A stretch of 64,000 nt of DNA from Thermoanaerobaculia bacterium (GTDB lineage Bacteria > Acidobacteriota > Thermoanaerobaculia > UBA5066): contig CAVRAY010000001.1 of assembly GCA_963719225.1 (NCBI GenBank), forward strand, positions 1,056,001 through 1,120,000. The letters are read 5' to 3'. A model generated the notes under the pieces. That model was not told the DNA's origin, ran no database searches, and saw nothing but the letters and a program-made list of their open reading frames with translations. The position numbers and the translations under genes were made by a program. This document shows, in pieces, positions 45,353-55,356 of the stretch (position 1 is its first letter; each line of letters begins with the position of its first letter).

Positions 45353-45709
45353 TCAACCTTCGTGGCCGACGCCGTCGTCGGCCGGCGGAAGCGGCGTGGC
45401 GAAGAACCTGTAGATTAGCGCCAGGAGCACGGAGATGACGGCGACCGTGAAGGCCAGGGATCTACCGTGCCACAAGCCGTCGAACCAGCGCCTGAATTCC
45501 GTCGCGAGGACGTTCGCCTTACCCCCATATACCTCCAGCTCCCGAAGGTATTTCTTCGAGTTCTCGAACTCGAAGCCGGCCTCGTCGGGCGTCGTGGCGT
45601 TGACGAAATAGATCACGGCCGCGCTCGCGAGCCCGACCGCCAGGATCACGCGGGTCACGAGGCGGACACGAGCTTCGGGCCGCGAAGCTTCGTCCGTCTC
45701 TCTGTGCAT
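45353..45709 (-). CDS. Hypothetical membrane protein
   Basis: SKKYLRELEVYGGKANVLA...WHGRSLAFT. Confidence 0.6.
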   Translation of the reverse strand: MHRETDEASRPEARVRLVTRVILAVGLASAAVIYFVNATTPDEAGFEFENSKKYLRELEVYGGKANVLATEFRRWFDGLWHGRSLAFTVAVISVLLALIYRFFATPLPPADDGVGHEG

Positions 45710-45734
45710 CGCGCCCACGACCTCGACCCTCGGG

Positions 45735-46217
45735 CTACCGCGGCGTCCGGGAAAGCGCTGCCGCAAGCGCGGGAGGCGTGAGCGTCATGGCCTGGGCGAA
45801 CCCCGCGATGAACCGAATCGAGATGGGACGTATCTCGAAAAGAAGAAAATCGGGCAATTCGAACGTGCTGGCAGCCTGAGGAAAGCGCGAAAGATAGGCT
45901 TTCGCGGCGGCAGAGGAGGCCGCCGTCGAGGCCTCGTGCTTCTCCGCGCGCCCCTGGATCGTGGCTCGGGCCAGCGCCTGCGCCGGTGTGCCTCCAGTGT
46001 CGGGCGCGACGACGAGGAGGCTGACCGGAGGACTCTCGAGCATGTCCCTGGTGTGAGCGGAGAGCTGGCTGACGTGAATGACGAAGGCCGAGCCATCCGG
46101 GAGCAGCGCGAAGGGAACCATGGAGACATAGGGCTGCCCCTCGTGAAGCGTCCCCAGAGAGGCGATGCGCTGCCCTTCGAAAAGCCGGCAGAGCGATTCA
46201 GTCTGCTCGGCGTTCAT
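45735..46217 (-). CDS. Pyridoxamine 5'-phosphate oxidase-like (HugZ-like) protein
   Basis: LGTL...PYVSMVPF...SQLSAHT...LPDF...FIAGFAQA. Confidence 0.8.
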   Translation of the reverse strand: MNAEQTESLCRLFEGQRIASLGTLHEGQPYVSMVPFALLPDGSAFVIHVSQLSAHTRDMLESPPVSLLVVAPDTGGTPAQALARATIQGRAEKHEASTAASSAAAKAYLSRFPQAASTFELPDFLLFEIRPISIRFIAGFAQAMTLTPPALAAALSRTPR

Positions 46218-46252
46218 GACACTCGTCGCAGCCGCTCTCGAAGGTCAGGAGA

Positions 46253-46525
46253 TCATTCATCCCGCCGGTTCCCCGTCCGATGGGGTTTCATGAAGGGGAT
46301 GTCGTTCTCGAACCGCATCCACTCGACACCGTAAGGGCTGGTGCTGAAGCCGGAGACGTGGAGACCAAACGGTTTCAGATGCGTCTCGGGGTCGTGCACG
46401 ACGCTGGTGGGGATTCCGATGTGGTGGAAACGCCATCCGAGTTGTGCGACCACGGGCGGTAGTTCGTAGTCGAGCCGCCGAGTGAAGCGAAGGCCCCTGG
46501 GGTATTGGGTGAGGTTGTGGCGCAT
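46253..46525 (-). pseudogene. Short or truncated cassette-borne ORF (VOC-like fragment)
   Basis: WRFHHIGIPT...PYGVEWMRF then early stop; preceded on minus strand by GTTAGGC at 46570-46564. Confidence 0.45.
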
Positions 46526-46573
46526 GGGGTCCTCGGTGTGTGTTCAAGTATGAGAGTCAGATCGCCTAACGAC

Positions 46574-46960
46574 TCATTGGCCTTGAAGCGGCTCCCATAG
46601 CTCGACCTTGTTTCCCTCCGGATCAATGACCCAGGCAAACTTCCCATACTCGGAATCGTCGATCTTCTCGAGCACGTTGCAGCCTTCTTCCTTCAAGACC
46701 TTGACCAAGGCGTGGAGGTCTTCCACTCGGTAGTTGACCATGAAGCGAGCAGTGCTCGGAGCATAGTGATCACTCTCTTCCGGATCGATAGACCAGGCAG
46801 TTGTGCCCGCGAGTGGCTTGCCCTCGGCGTCGGTCCAAGTGAAGGCAGCTCCGCCCCAGACCTGGACATCGATTCCCAGGTGCCGCTTGTACCAGGCCTG
46901 CAGTGATGGAGCGTCTTTCGCCTTGAAGAAAATGCCGCCGATGCCAGTGACTCGCCTCAT
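46574..46960 (-). CDS. VOC/glyoxalase family protein (gene cassette)
   Basis: RVTGIGGIFFK...WY..HLG...YGKFAWVIDPEGNKVELWEP. Confidence 0.9.
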   Translation of the reverse strand: MRRVTGIGGIFFKAKDAPSLQAWYKRHLGIDVQVWGGAAFTWTDAEGKPLAGTTAWSIDPEESDHYAPSTARFMVNYRVEDLHALVKVLKEEGCNVLEKIDDSEYGKFAWVIDPEGNKVELWEPLQGQ

Positions 46961-47006
46961 GTGACCTCCGGTGCGTGGTGCTCGTAAGAGGAATGTTCCT
47001 TCTGCG

Positions 47007-47064
47007 GCCTAACGATATCAAGCTCAGCGGCGAGCGCAGCGAGTCCGCTCCAGCGTTGTTAGGG
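47007..47064 (-). other. attC site, slightly degenerate
   Basis: + strand GCCTAAC-GATATCAA-GCTCAGCGG...AGTCCGCTCCAGC-GTT-GTTAGGG. Confidence 0.85.
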
Positions 47065-47086
47065 ATCGTCGCGCGTGTGCCGGCAT

Positions 47087-47554
47087 CTATCTTCCCGGCA
47101 CAGGTCCAATCTCGAAACGTCCAGAAGACATCAGGGCGAACACGCACTCGGCTCCGCTCGCACACTTCGCCGAGTGCGGCGTGTTGGCGGGAATCTCCGA
47201 GTAGGAGCCGGGACCGAGCCTCTTCTCGGTAGATCCCGCGTAGCTCACCAGGACCACTCCTGAAATGACGACCAGCCGCTCCACCGAAGGGTGGGTGTGA
47301 AGCGGAGGCGCGAAGCCGGCCGGAAACTTCCGAAGCATTCCGTGCGCTCCAGTCTGCGGATCGCCCCACAGCAGGACGCTCTTCACACCCGGTAGCCGCT
47401 TGTCTTCCTCCCACCTCATGTCGTTAGCGGCCCAGAGCTTGGGTGTTTTGGATGGCTCCTCAGCTGCAGCCGTGGCGCTCGCCAATGCCCACACACACCA
47501 GGCGAAAAGCCCGACGCAACGTGCGATTCGACGAACGGTACGGACGCTACTCAT
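47087..47554 (-). CDS. Secreted cupin-domain protein (DUF4437-like, gene cassette)
   Basis: LWGDP, PLHTH, VISG, GSY..IPANTPH. Confidence 0.8.
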   Translation of the reverse strand: MSSVRTVRRIARCVGLFAWCVWALASATAAAEEPSKTPKLWAANDMRWEEDKRLPGVKSVLLWGDPQTGAHGMLRKFPAGFAPPLHTHPSVERLVVISGVVLVSYAGSTEKRLGPGSYSEIPANTPHSAKCASGAECVFALMSSGRFEIGPVPGR

Positions 47555-47607
47555 AAACTACTCCGTTTCCCAGGCGGCTAACGATGTCCGCGATCATTAC
47601 ACGGTGG

Positions 47608-47639
<32 letters not shown>

Positions 47640-47669
47640 TACCGAAGGGGTCGAATTACGTAAGACCGC

Positions 47670-48245
47670 CTATGGTGATAGGGCCGGGTCGCTGCCCGAA
47701 AGTAGGGCGTAGACGTGGAAGTCTCGAGCGATACCTCTGGCAATGCGAAACTGGACGAGGGTGCCCTCGCGCGAGAAGCCGAGCTTCTCGAGCAGACGAA
47801 TCGATGGCGCGTTGCTGGTCATGACGAAGGCATGAACCCTGTTGAACCCGGCCGTGTGAAACGCCCACGATAGGACCTGCTGGACAGCGGCGCGCATGAG
47901 GCCGCGACCCCAGAATGACGGGCTGAGGTCATACACCAGTTCGGCGTGCGAGTGAGGCAACGACCAGTTGGAAAAGCCGCAGGTGCCGATGAGGCCATCG
48001 CTGGCGTCGACCAAGGCCCAGCGGCAGGACGCCCCGTGTAAATAGCCGTCGAGCGCGTGAGAGACCATGGCCTCGACGGCCGCGCCGCTCAGCAGAGGGA
48101 AGCTCGTGTGTTCGATGACGAGCGGATCGGAGAGATATGCATGCCATGCAGGCGCATCCGACGACCGCAACGGTCGGAGGCGGAACTGGCCGAGCGACCA
48201 CGTTGGTGGCACGACGACTCCTCCTGGAGCTGGAGGGGTAAGCAT
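47670..48245 (-). CDS. GNAT N-acetyltransferase, RimJ/RimL-like (gene cassette)
   Basis: LRPL..SD, LIGTCGF, FWGRGLM, N.PSIRLLEKLGF.REG. Confidence 0.88.
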   Translation of the reverse strand: MLTPPAPGGVVVPPTWSLGQFRLRPLRSSDAPAWHAYLSDPLVIEHTSFPLLSGAAVEAMVSHALDGYLHGASCRWALVDASDGLIGTCGFSNWSLPHSHAELVYDLSPSFWGRGLMRAAVQQVLSWAFHTAGFNRVHAFVMTSNAPSIRLLEKLGFSREGTLVQFRIARGIARDFHVYALLSGSDPALSP

Positions 48246-48274
48246 GATCGTTCCCTGCGCCGCCTAACGATATC

Positions 48275-48314
48275 GTTTCAATGAAGAGGAGAAAAGGGCT
48301 GTCCTCGCCGACGT
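48275..48314 (+). mobile_element. Isolated left end of IS-C (IS1111-like) joined to an attC R' half
   Basis: Near-identical to 49064-49103; follows GCCTAACGATATC. Confidence 0.6.
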
Positions 48315-48479
48315 CTCAGGACGGCACAGATCAACGCAGCGAAAAAGATGCTTCGGAGCGCGGGACTCTCGGAAGTCAGCCGCCAGTACCTCGGGACCCC
48401 TCGCGCCTGGCGTCGTGGCGCCGACGGCCTAGCCAAAGACCAAACTTCAGCGGAATTACCTTCCCTGAGAGTTGCGAGA

Positions 48480-49010
<531 letters not shown>

Positions 49011-49063
49011 GCGCTCTTCCTTTTCTTGCGCGCTGGAAGTGCTTCCTGTGTTCTAACGATATC

Positions 49064-49440
49064 GTTTCAATGAAGACGAGAAAAGGGCTGTCCTCGCCGA
49101 CGTGGTCACCGAAAAATCGGGCCACAAACTTTAACGGGGTCAGCCTCCGAGAAGGTGCCCCAAGCACGGGAGGACAGCCCGATGAAATCTTATGTGGAAC
49201 TGGACGTTCACAGCAAGTCGAGCGTATTCGTGATCCAGAACGAGCGGGAAGAGGAGCTGGGACGAGGTGAGGTGCCGACGTCTGTGGAGGGGTTCTCCTC
49301 GCTTCGGGGGCGTTTCAGGCTTCGCGCCTCGACGACCGTTCCAGGAGTGGGAGAGATCGTGGCGCTGACGGCAATCGCGGTCTTCTCTGACGCCACACGC
49401 TTTCCGAACGCCAAGCGTGCTTCCAGTTACGCAGGGTGTA
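49064..49440 (+). pseudogene. IS-C: internally deleted IS110/IS1111-family element remnant
   Basis: ATG 49182 MKSYVELDVHSKSS (N-terminal DEDD start) joined to TVPGVGEIVA...RFPNAKRASSYAG (C-terminal domain); IR GGGCTGTCCTC 49085-49095 with inverted copy 49170-49180 over the RBS. Confidence 0.75.
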
Positions 49441-49560
49441 CAAGTCCCGTAATTCCCCGACACCGGCCCTGGCATCGCGGCGCCCGCGCTGGACGCGCCC
49501 AAGAGGGTTCAACGCACGAAGATTTCCTCGATTTCCACTGCGCGACGACTACGAGGTAAC

Positions 49561-49620
49561 TGTTGATAAGAGTTACCCATGTGCCTGGACTAATGTGTTA
49601 CCTATGTGCCCGACCGTTCA
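49561..49620. mobile_element. IS481-like terminal remnant
   Basis: Tandem GTTACCCATGTGCC / GTTACCTATGTGCC repeats ending ...GTTCA, where the hicAB attC is expected. Confidence 0.5.
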
Positions 49621-49636
49621 GCCGCCGACTCGATGG

Positions 49637-49849
49637 CTACGCGGCGACGGTTACGTACGAGGCTCGCGTTTTCGGTTCGGGGACAGGAAGCCCCTCGGCG
49701 CGCATGCCTTCGATATGGAATTCGATAGCCTCATGCATAACGCGCTCGACCTCTTCCTGTGTGGTACCGGTTGCAACGCAGCCGTCAAGGTCAGGCGAAA
49801 ACGCCGAGAAGCCGGTCTCTGTGGGCTCGATAACGATGAGGTATTTCAT
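49637..49849 (-). CDS. hicB: HicB family antitoxin (gene cassette)
   Basis: Y.IVIE...FSAFSPDLDGCVATGTT.EE...EAIEFHIEG. Confidence 0.9.
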   Translation of the reverse strand: MKYLIVIEPTETGFSAFSPDLDGCVATGTTQEEVERVMHEAIEFHIEGMRAEGLPVPEPKTRASYVTVAA

Positions 49850-50034
49850 TTCTTGAGACCCGCCTGCTTGAGTACGCTGTTAAGAGTGCCGGGTGCGAGA
49901 TCCTGGCCGCCCTGACCGGCCAGTGTGACGAGACCCTTCTTGACCGGGTGCTTGAACTGGCGATGACTACCTTTCGTTCTCACGTGCTGGCACCCGACGG
50001 CTTCGAGAAGCTTCTCGACTTCCCGTACCTTCAC
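49846..50034 (-). CDS. hicA: HicA family toxin (gene cassette)
   Basis: VRTKGSHRQFKHP...DLAPGTLNSVLKQAGL. Confidence 0.9.
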   Translation of the reverse strand: MKVREVEKLLEAVGCQHVRTKGSHRQFKHPVKKGLVTLAGQGGQDLAPGTLNSVLKQAGLKK

Positions 50035-50070
50035 GACGTCAGGATATCAGGACGAGGCCACCACTCGCGG

Positions 50071-50130
50071 GCCTAACGATATCAAGATCAGCGGCGAGCG
50101 TAGCGAGTCCGCTGCAGCGCGGTGTTAGAC
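50071..50130 (-). other. attC site, intact, 60 bp
   Basis: GCCTAAC...TCAGCGGCGAGCGTAGCGAGTCCGCTGCAGC-GCGGT-GTTAGAC; R'' complementary to its cassette start GTTAGACGCCG. Confidence 0.9.
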
Positions 50131-50216
50131 GCCGTGGTGCTCCGCGAAGATAGGTGCGAGCCGAGCCCAGATCGGACGAGCGAGTCTCAGGGGGAGTGAG
50201 GGCAGTTCAATCCACG

Positions 50217-50543
50217 CTATACGCCCGGCGCTCGGTACGCGACTCCCTTTGCCTTGCGCAGTGCTTCCAGAGTGTCGTCGACGCTCACGAGCACCGTGGT
50301 GTCGAATGCACTGAGTGCACCCCCGGCGCCAATGGCCAGTGCAACCGCCGCCATGGAGACGTTGTCGGGCGCCTCCCACAGATTGTAGCCGTCGTGCGTG
50401 CCGAAGGCGTACCAGAATCCGTGGAGTTTGCCTCCGACCGACTCGATATACGACTGTGCGGCCTTGCGACGGTCCTCTGGGTTTGCGATGAGCTTGGCCC
50501 AGGTGGCAGGTGTATAGCTGAACCTCGTTAGGTAGAGCGGCAT
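50217..50543 (-). CDS. GYD domain protein (gene cassette)
   Basis: PEDRR.AA...GGKL.GFWYAFGTHDG; AAGGAGG RBS. Confidence 0.85.
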   Translation of the reverse strand: MPLYLTRFSYTPATWAKLIANPEDRRKAAQSYIESVGGKLHGFWYAFGTHDGYNLWEAPDNVSMAAVALAIGAGGALSAFDTTVLVSVDDTLEALRKAKGVAYRAPGV

Positions 50544-50595
50544 CGGTTCTCCTCCTTCGTAGAATTTCAGCCGGAGTCGTCCAGAGAGGGACGGC

Positions 50596-50632
50596 GTCTA
50601 ACGATATCAAGCTCAGCGGCGAGCGAAGCGAG
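50596..50632 (-). other. attC half-site, interrupted
   Basis: GTCTAACGATATCAAGCTCAGCGGCGAGCGAAGCGAG followed by the IS3 end. Confidence 0.75.
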
Positions 50633-50635
50633 GGA

Positions 50636-51275
50636 TGTTGACCCGGTCTCGTTGACACGCTGTTAGGCGGCGTTTCGTTCGTAGTTGATCGGCGAAAGAT
50701 AACCCAGGGACGAGTGGAGGCGTTTTCCGTTGTAGCGGCGGACGTAGCGACATACGGCGAGGCTGAGCGAGCGATCGTCTTCGAAGGTGCGGCCGTGGAA
50801 GACGTCGGATTTCATCGAGTGGAAGAAGGACTCGATGAAGGCGTTGTCACAGATCTCTCGGGGGCGCTTCATGCTCTGCGTGATGCCGAGGGCAGCCAGG
50901 CGCGCGCGAAAGGCGTAGGCCGAGTACTCGACGCCGCGGTCGGAGTGAAAGATCAGGCCGGGTCGTGGCTGCTGGTGGCGAATCGCGCGATTGAGAGCCA
51001 TGCGGGTGAGAGTCAGGTCACGCCTGGAGCGAAGACTCCAGCCCAAGACTCGCCGGGAGTGGCGATCCAGCACGACGGCCAGGTAGCGCCAGCGGCCGGC
51101 GCTGCTGAGGTACGTCACGTCGCCGACCCAGATCTCTCCGGGCGCCTTCGTACTCAGGCCGAGTACGCGATTGGGGATCGCGGCATAGAAACGGCGGGTG
51201 CCCGGCGTGCGCCGGTAGAGGCGAGCCGAGCGCGCCTTAAGGGCCGCAGAGCGCATCAGGCGGGCCACTCTCGCC
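50636..51275 (-). pseudogene. Truncated IS3-family element (orfB rve domain plus one terminal IR)
   Basis: WVGDVTY, FHSDRGVEY, DNAFIESFF, YN.KRLHSSLGYLSP; TG-initiated end at 50636; orfA absent. Confidence 0.85.
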
Positions 51276-51526
51276 AGCGAGCCGCAACGCGGCATGAACG
51301 CGTGGGCTGCCATAGGTGCCCTCGCTCGCTTCGAAGACGGCGCGAATACGCCCGAGCAGCCGCTCGTCCTCTCGGGCTCGAGCACTCGGCTCGCGGCGGC
51401 GAAAGGAGTAGTACGGCTCTGTCGGGAGAGCCGATATTTAGGTATTCGTGCACGAGCCTGGCCGCTAACGAGCGTCATTACGATCTCGGTCCGGGGATGT
51501 TGGCTTTGGCCCTTCGGTGTTCGCCT

Positions 51527-51751
51527 TCAGGTTAAGGATGGGCCGCGCCGAGCGACGACGAAGAGCGAGAATGCGGATTCCCCCAGCCGCGAGGCCTGCG
51601 GCGATAGGTGCGAGAACCACCACCCTACAAGTCTGGCGCCCATAAACAGGAGGTAGGCGGCCAAGAGTACGAGTGGGATAACTCCTGGCGAAGGGACACG
51701 TGACGCCGTGTTCCGATACTCGACCTGGGGAAGAACCTCGGGCTTCTTCAT
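51527..51751 (-). CDS. Small hypothetical membrane protein (gene cassette, possibly frameshifted)
   Basis: ORF follows GTTAGAC cassette start at 51805; hydrophobic segment. Confidence 0.4.
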   Translation of the reverse strand: MKKPEVLPQVEYRNTASRVPSPGVIPLVLLAAYLLFMGARLVGWWFSHLSPQASRLGESAFSLFVVARRGPSLT

Positions 51752-51923
51752 GACGACGTGGAGGTTGACATTAATGCTTCGGGTCTCTCGTTCCGGGGGT
51801 CTAACGATATCAAGCTCAGCGGCGAGCGTAGCGAGATGGGATGAGAAGGCCGGTCTCCCCAACGCAGTCGGAGAATCCGCTGCAAGGGAAAAGCGGGCTC
51901 GAGGCCCAGAAGGGAGACCGGCC

Positions 51924-53018
51924 GTGAAGAAGCGTAGCACTGGGAACGGGGCCGAGGTGACGGGGGCGTGGACGCTGGGAATGGACTTGGGGGATCGGAC
52001 GAGTCACATCTGCGTGCTTGACGAGGGAGGGACGGTCGTCGAGCGGGGCAAGGTCCAGACGACGCAGGAAGGGATGCGGAAGCGGTTCGAAGGAGCGCCC
52101 CGAATGCGAGTTGCCATGGAGGTGGGGACACATTCGCCGTGGGTGAGCCGGCTTCTAAAAGGGTTTGGGCACGAGGTCCTGGTGGCCAACCCGCGAAAGA
52201 CGCGGCTGATCTACCAGAACCGCGGGAAGCAGGATCCTGTGGATGCCGAGGCGCTGGCGAGGATCGCGCGGCTGGACCCGAAGCTTCTCTATCCCGTGGC
52301 GCACCGGGCCGAGAGCGTCGCGCAGGATCTGGCCGTGGTTCGGGCGCGCGATGCGCTGGTGAGGACACGGTCGCTGCTCATCAATCACGTCCGCGGCGCG
52401 GTCAAGGCGACGGGCCACCGCGTCAAGAAATGCTCGACCCGGACGTTCTCGAAAAGAGCGGTGGGTGAAATCCCCGAGCAAGTGCGCGAGGCGTTGTCGA
52501 GTGTCGTGACGACCATCGAGGTCGTGTCGAAACAGATTCTCGTGCTGGACAAGCGAATCCGAGAGCTGGGGAAAGAGAAATACCCCGAGACAGCGTTGCT
52601 CAGGCAGGTAGGCGGAGTGGGCCCGATCGTGGCGCTGGCCTACATCCTGACGCTCGAGCATCCGGGTCGCTTCCTGAAGAGCCGGGCCGTGGGGCCCTGG
52701 CTCGGGCTTGTGCCGGCGCGAAGCCAGAGCGGAAACTCCGACCCGCAGCTGCGCATCACGAAGGAAGGAGACACCTTGCTGCGCCGGCTTCTTGTTCAGG
52801 CGGCGCAGTACATCCTCGGGCCATTCGGAGAGGACTGCGATCTCAGGCGATTCGGTCAGGCTCTTTCGGCCCGAGGGGAACGCAACGCCAAGAAACGAGC
52901 CGTCATCGCCGTCGCAAGAAAGCTGGCCGTGCTGCTGCATCGGCTGTGGAAGAGCGCAGAGGTCTATGAGCCGCTACGCAGGGCCGGAACGCTCCAGGAC
53001 GCGACCGTGGCGGCCTAA
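51924..53018 (+). CDS. IS110-family transposase/recombinase (IS-A)
   Basis: GMDLG, AMEVG, KQDPVDA (DEDD); GLVPARSQSG serine motif. Confidence 0.95.
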   Translation: MKKRSTGNGAEVTGAWTLGMDLGDRTSHICVLDEGGTVVERGKVQTTQEGMRKRFEGAPRMRVAMEVGTHSPWVSRLLKGFGHEVLVANPRKTRLIYQNRGKQDPVDAEALARIARLDPKLLYPVAHRAESVAQDLAVVRARDALVRTRSLLINHVRGAVKATGHRVKKCSTRTFSKRAVGEIPEQVREALSSVVTTIEVVSKQILVLDKRIRELGKEKYPETALLRQVGGVGPIVALAYILTLEHPGRFLKSRAVGPWLGLVPARSQSGNSDPQLRITKEGDTLLRRLLVQAAQYILGPFGEDCDLRRFGQALSARGERNAKKRAVIAVARKLAVLLHRLWKSAEVYEPLRRAGTLQDATVAA

Positions 53019-53094
53019 GAAATCAGCCAAGGGAAACAGCGAAAGGAAATAGCGAGAGGTCTCGATCAATCGTGGCCATCCCAATTCGAGCTAA

Positions 53095-53260
53095 CGCCCC
53101 GTCAGGGCGACTGCGCAGCGGACTCCGGTCCCCACGGGTTTCGGCCCGTGAAGGAAAACCGGCGCCGAGATTGCAGCGCCCCTACGGATTGGACCCCCTC
53201 ATGCACCGGGCCAAAAGAACATGGCCTACACGAGTGCGAATGGAAGCTCGGCGAACAACT
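53095..53260 (+). ncRNA. Putative bridge/seek RNA of IS-A copy 1 (boundaries approximate)
   Basis: Internal-loop hairpin carrying GCAGCGGACT (target match) and downstream ATGGAAG (donor match). Confidence 0.75.
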
Positions 53261-53354
53261 CGAACCCGGGGATTCCCAAAGGAGATCTCAGCCCTCTCTT
53301 GACTACGACCGGCCTTCTCATGGAAGTCCGCTGCAACGAGTTGTTGGGCGGCGA

Positions 53355-53624
53355 CTAACGCTGGCCGATGAGACGCTCGTACTCGTCGTGCGAGCCGACC
53401 CAGAACCAGACGATGTCCTCGCCCTCCCGCACGCCGAGAGCGCGATAGTGGATGCCGATGCGAACCGAGTAAATCGGACGCGAAGGGTGCACCGGCTTGA
53501 AGCGCAGACCTGGATGATTGGGATCGGACCGAAAGAGGGTGTAGGCGCGCTGAGCCTGCGCACGAACCTGAAGAGGAAGCGCCTCGAGTGCCTTACGGAA
53601 GGCGGCGGTAGTACGCGACCTCAC
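53355..53624 (-). CDS. RelE/ParE-like toxin (gene cassette)
   Basis: FRKAL..LP...DPNHPGLRFK...SVRIG.HYRALG...WFWVGSHDEY. Confidence 0.8.
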   Translation of the reverse strand: MRSRTTAAFRKALEALPLQVRAQAQRAYTLFRSDPNHPGLRFKPVHPSRPIYSVRIGIHYRALGVREGEDIVWFWVGSHDEYERLIGQR

Positions 53625-53839
53625 CGAGGCTTCGGGTCGAGATCCCGAGTGTTGCCCGAGCGATGCTCCGCGAGCGCCGCATCAGCGAGACGCTCGAGCG
53701 TGGAGCCGGAACGAGAGAAGGACTCGGCCCAACGCGCCTCATCCTCAAGCTCGGCCAGCAGCCACGAAGCTACTTCCTCCTGCTGGGGAGGAGGGAGCTT
53801 TGAGATTTCTGCGAGAGCCTTTTCGAGAAGCGCTGTCAT
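53621..53839 (-). CDS. Putative antitoxin (gene cassette)
   Basis: 72-aa MTALLEKALAEISKLP..QQEEVA.WLLAELEDEARW; 4-bp overlap with toxin. Confidence 0.75.
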   Translation of the reverse strand: MTALLEKALAEISKLPPPQQEEVASWLLAELEDEARWAESFSRSGSTLERLADAALAEHRSGNTRDLDPKPR

Positions 53840-54019
53840 GACTTTACCGCGGGAGATTCTACTCTCCCTGAGCCGCCTAACGATACCGAGTTCAGCGGCG
53901 AAGAGGAAGGAGCGAAGCGACTGACGATGAGATGGGATGAGAAGGCCGGTCTCCCCAACGCAGTCGGAGAATCCGCTGCAAGGGAAAAGCGGGCTCGAGG
54001 CCCAGAAGGGAGACCGGCC

Positions 54020-55114
54020 GTGAAGAAGCGTAGCACTGGGAACGGGGCCGAGGTGACGGGGGCGTGGACGCTGGGAATGGACTTGGGGGATCGGACGAGT
54101 CACATCTGCGTGCTTGACGAGGGAGGGACGGTCGTCGAGCGGGGCAAGGTCCAGACGACGCAGGAAGGGATGCGGAAGCGGTTCGAAGGAGCGCCCCGAA
54201 TGCGAGTTGCCATGGAGGTGGGGACACATTCGCCGTGGGTGAGCCGGCTTCTAAAAGGGTTTGGGCACGAGGTCCTGGTGGCCAACCCGCGAAAGACGCG
54301 GCTGATCTACCAGAACCGCGGGAAGCAGGATCCTGTGGATGCCGAGGCGCTGGCGAGGATCGCGCGGCTGGACCCGAAGCTTCTCTATCCCGTGGCGCAC
54401 CGGGCCGAGAGCGTCGCGCAGGATCTGGCCGTGGTTCGGGCGCGCGATGCGCTGGTGAGGACACGGTCGCTGCTCATCAATCACGTCCGCGGCGCGGTCA
54501 AGGCGACGGGCCACCGCGTCAAGAAATGCTCGACCCGGACGTTCTCGAAAAGAGCGGTGGGTGAAATCCCCGAGCAAGTGCGCGAGGCGTTGTCGAGTGT
54601 CGTGACGACCATCGAGGTCGTGTCGAAACAGATTCTCGTGCTGGACAAGCGAATCCGAGAGCTGGGGAAAGAGAAATACCCCGAGACAGCGTTGCTCAGG
54701 CAGGTAGGCGGAGTGGGCCCGATCGTGGCGCTGGCCTACATCCTGACGCTCGAGCATCCGGGTCGCTTCCTGAAGAGCCGGGCCGTGGGGCCCTGGCTCG
54801 GGCTTGTGCCGGCGCGAAGCCAGAGCGGAAACTCCGACCCGCAGCTGCGCATCACGAAGGAAGGAGACACCTTGCTGCGCCGGCTTCTTGTTCAGGCGGC
54901 GCAGTACATCCTCGGGCCATTCGGAGAGGACTGCGATCTCAGGCGATTCGGTCAGGCTCTTTCGGCCCGAGGGGAACGCAACGCCAAGAAACGAGCCGTC
55001 ATCGCCGTCGCAAGAAAGCTGGCCGTGCTGCTGCATCGGCTGTGGAAGAGCGCAGAGGTCTATGAGCCGCTACGCAGGGCCGGAACGCTCCAGGACGCGA
55101 CCGTGGCGGCCTAA
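54020..55114 (+). CDS. IS110-family transposase/recombinase (IS-A)
   Basis: Same translation as 51924-53018. Confidence 0.95.
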   Translation: MKKRSTGNGAEVTGAWTLGMDLGDRTSHICVLDEGGTVVERGKVQTTQEGMRKRFEGAPRMRVAMEVGTHSPWVSRLLKGFGHEVLVANPRKTRLIYQNRGKQDPVDAEALARIARLDPKLLYPVAHRAESVAQDLAVVRARDALVRTRSLLINHVRGAVKATGHRVKKCSTRTFSKRAVGEIPEQVREALSSVVTTIEVVSKQILVLDKRIRELGKEKYPETALLRQVGGVGPIVALAYILTLEHPGRFLKSRAVGPWLGLVPARSQSGNSDPQLRITKEGDTLLRRLLVQAAQYILGPFGEDCDLRRFGQALSARGERNAKKRAVIAVARKLAVLLHRLWKSAEVYEPLRRAGTLQDATVAA

Positions 55115-55190
55115 GAAATCAGCCAAGGGAAACAGCGAAAGGAAATAACGAGAGGTCTCGATCAATCGTGGCCATCCCAATTCGAGCTAA

Positions 55191-55356
55191 CGCCCCGTCA
55201 GGGCGACTGCGCAGCGGACTCCGGTCCCCACGGGTTTCGGCCCGTGAAGGAAAACCGGCGCCGAGATTGCAGCGCCCCTACGGATTGGACCCCCTCATGC
55301 ACCGGGCCAAAAGAACATGGCCTACACGAGTGCGAATGGAAGCTCGGCGAACAACT
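55191..55356 (+). ncRNA. Putative bridge/seek RNA of IS-A copy 2
   Basis: Same sequence as 53095-53260 (offset 2096). Confidence 0.75.

Larger units (their letters stand above)
51836..53326 (+). mobile_element. IS-A copy 1, IS110 family (IS1111 type), 1491 bp
   Basis: Subterminal IRs ATGAGAAGGCCGGTC (51841-51855) and GACCGGCCTTCTCAT (53307-53321); AG core at both junctions. Confidence 0.93.
51799..53349 (-). other. attC site split by IS-A copy 1
   Basis: 51799-51835 plus 53327-53349 rejoin to GTCTAAC...GCGTAGCGAGTCCGCTGCAACGAGTTGTTGGGC. Confidence 0.9.

Noticed and set aside
51708-51923. N-terminal extensions of the IS110 transposases (ORF starts 51708, 53927, 55244)
   Set aside because: They cross IS boundaries; RBS and internal IR support starts at 51924, 54020 and 55523
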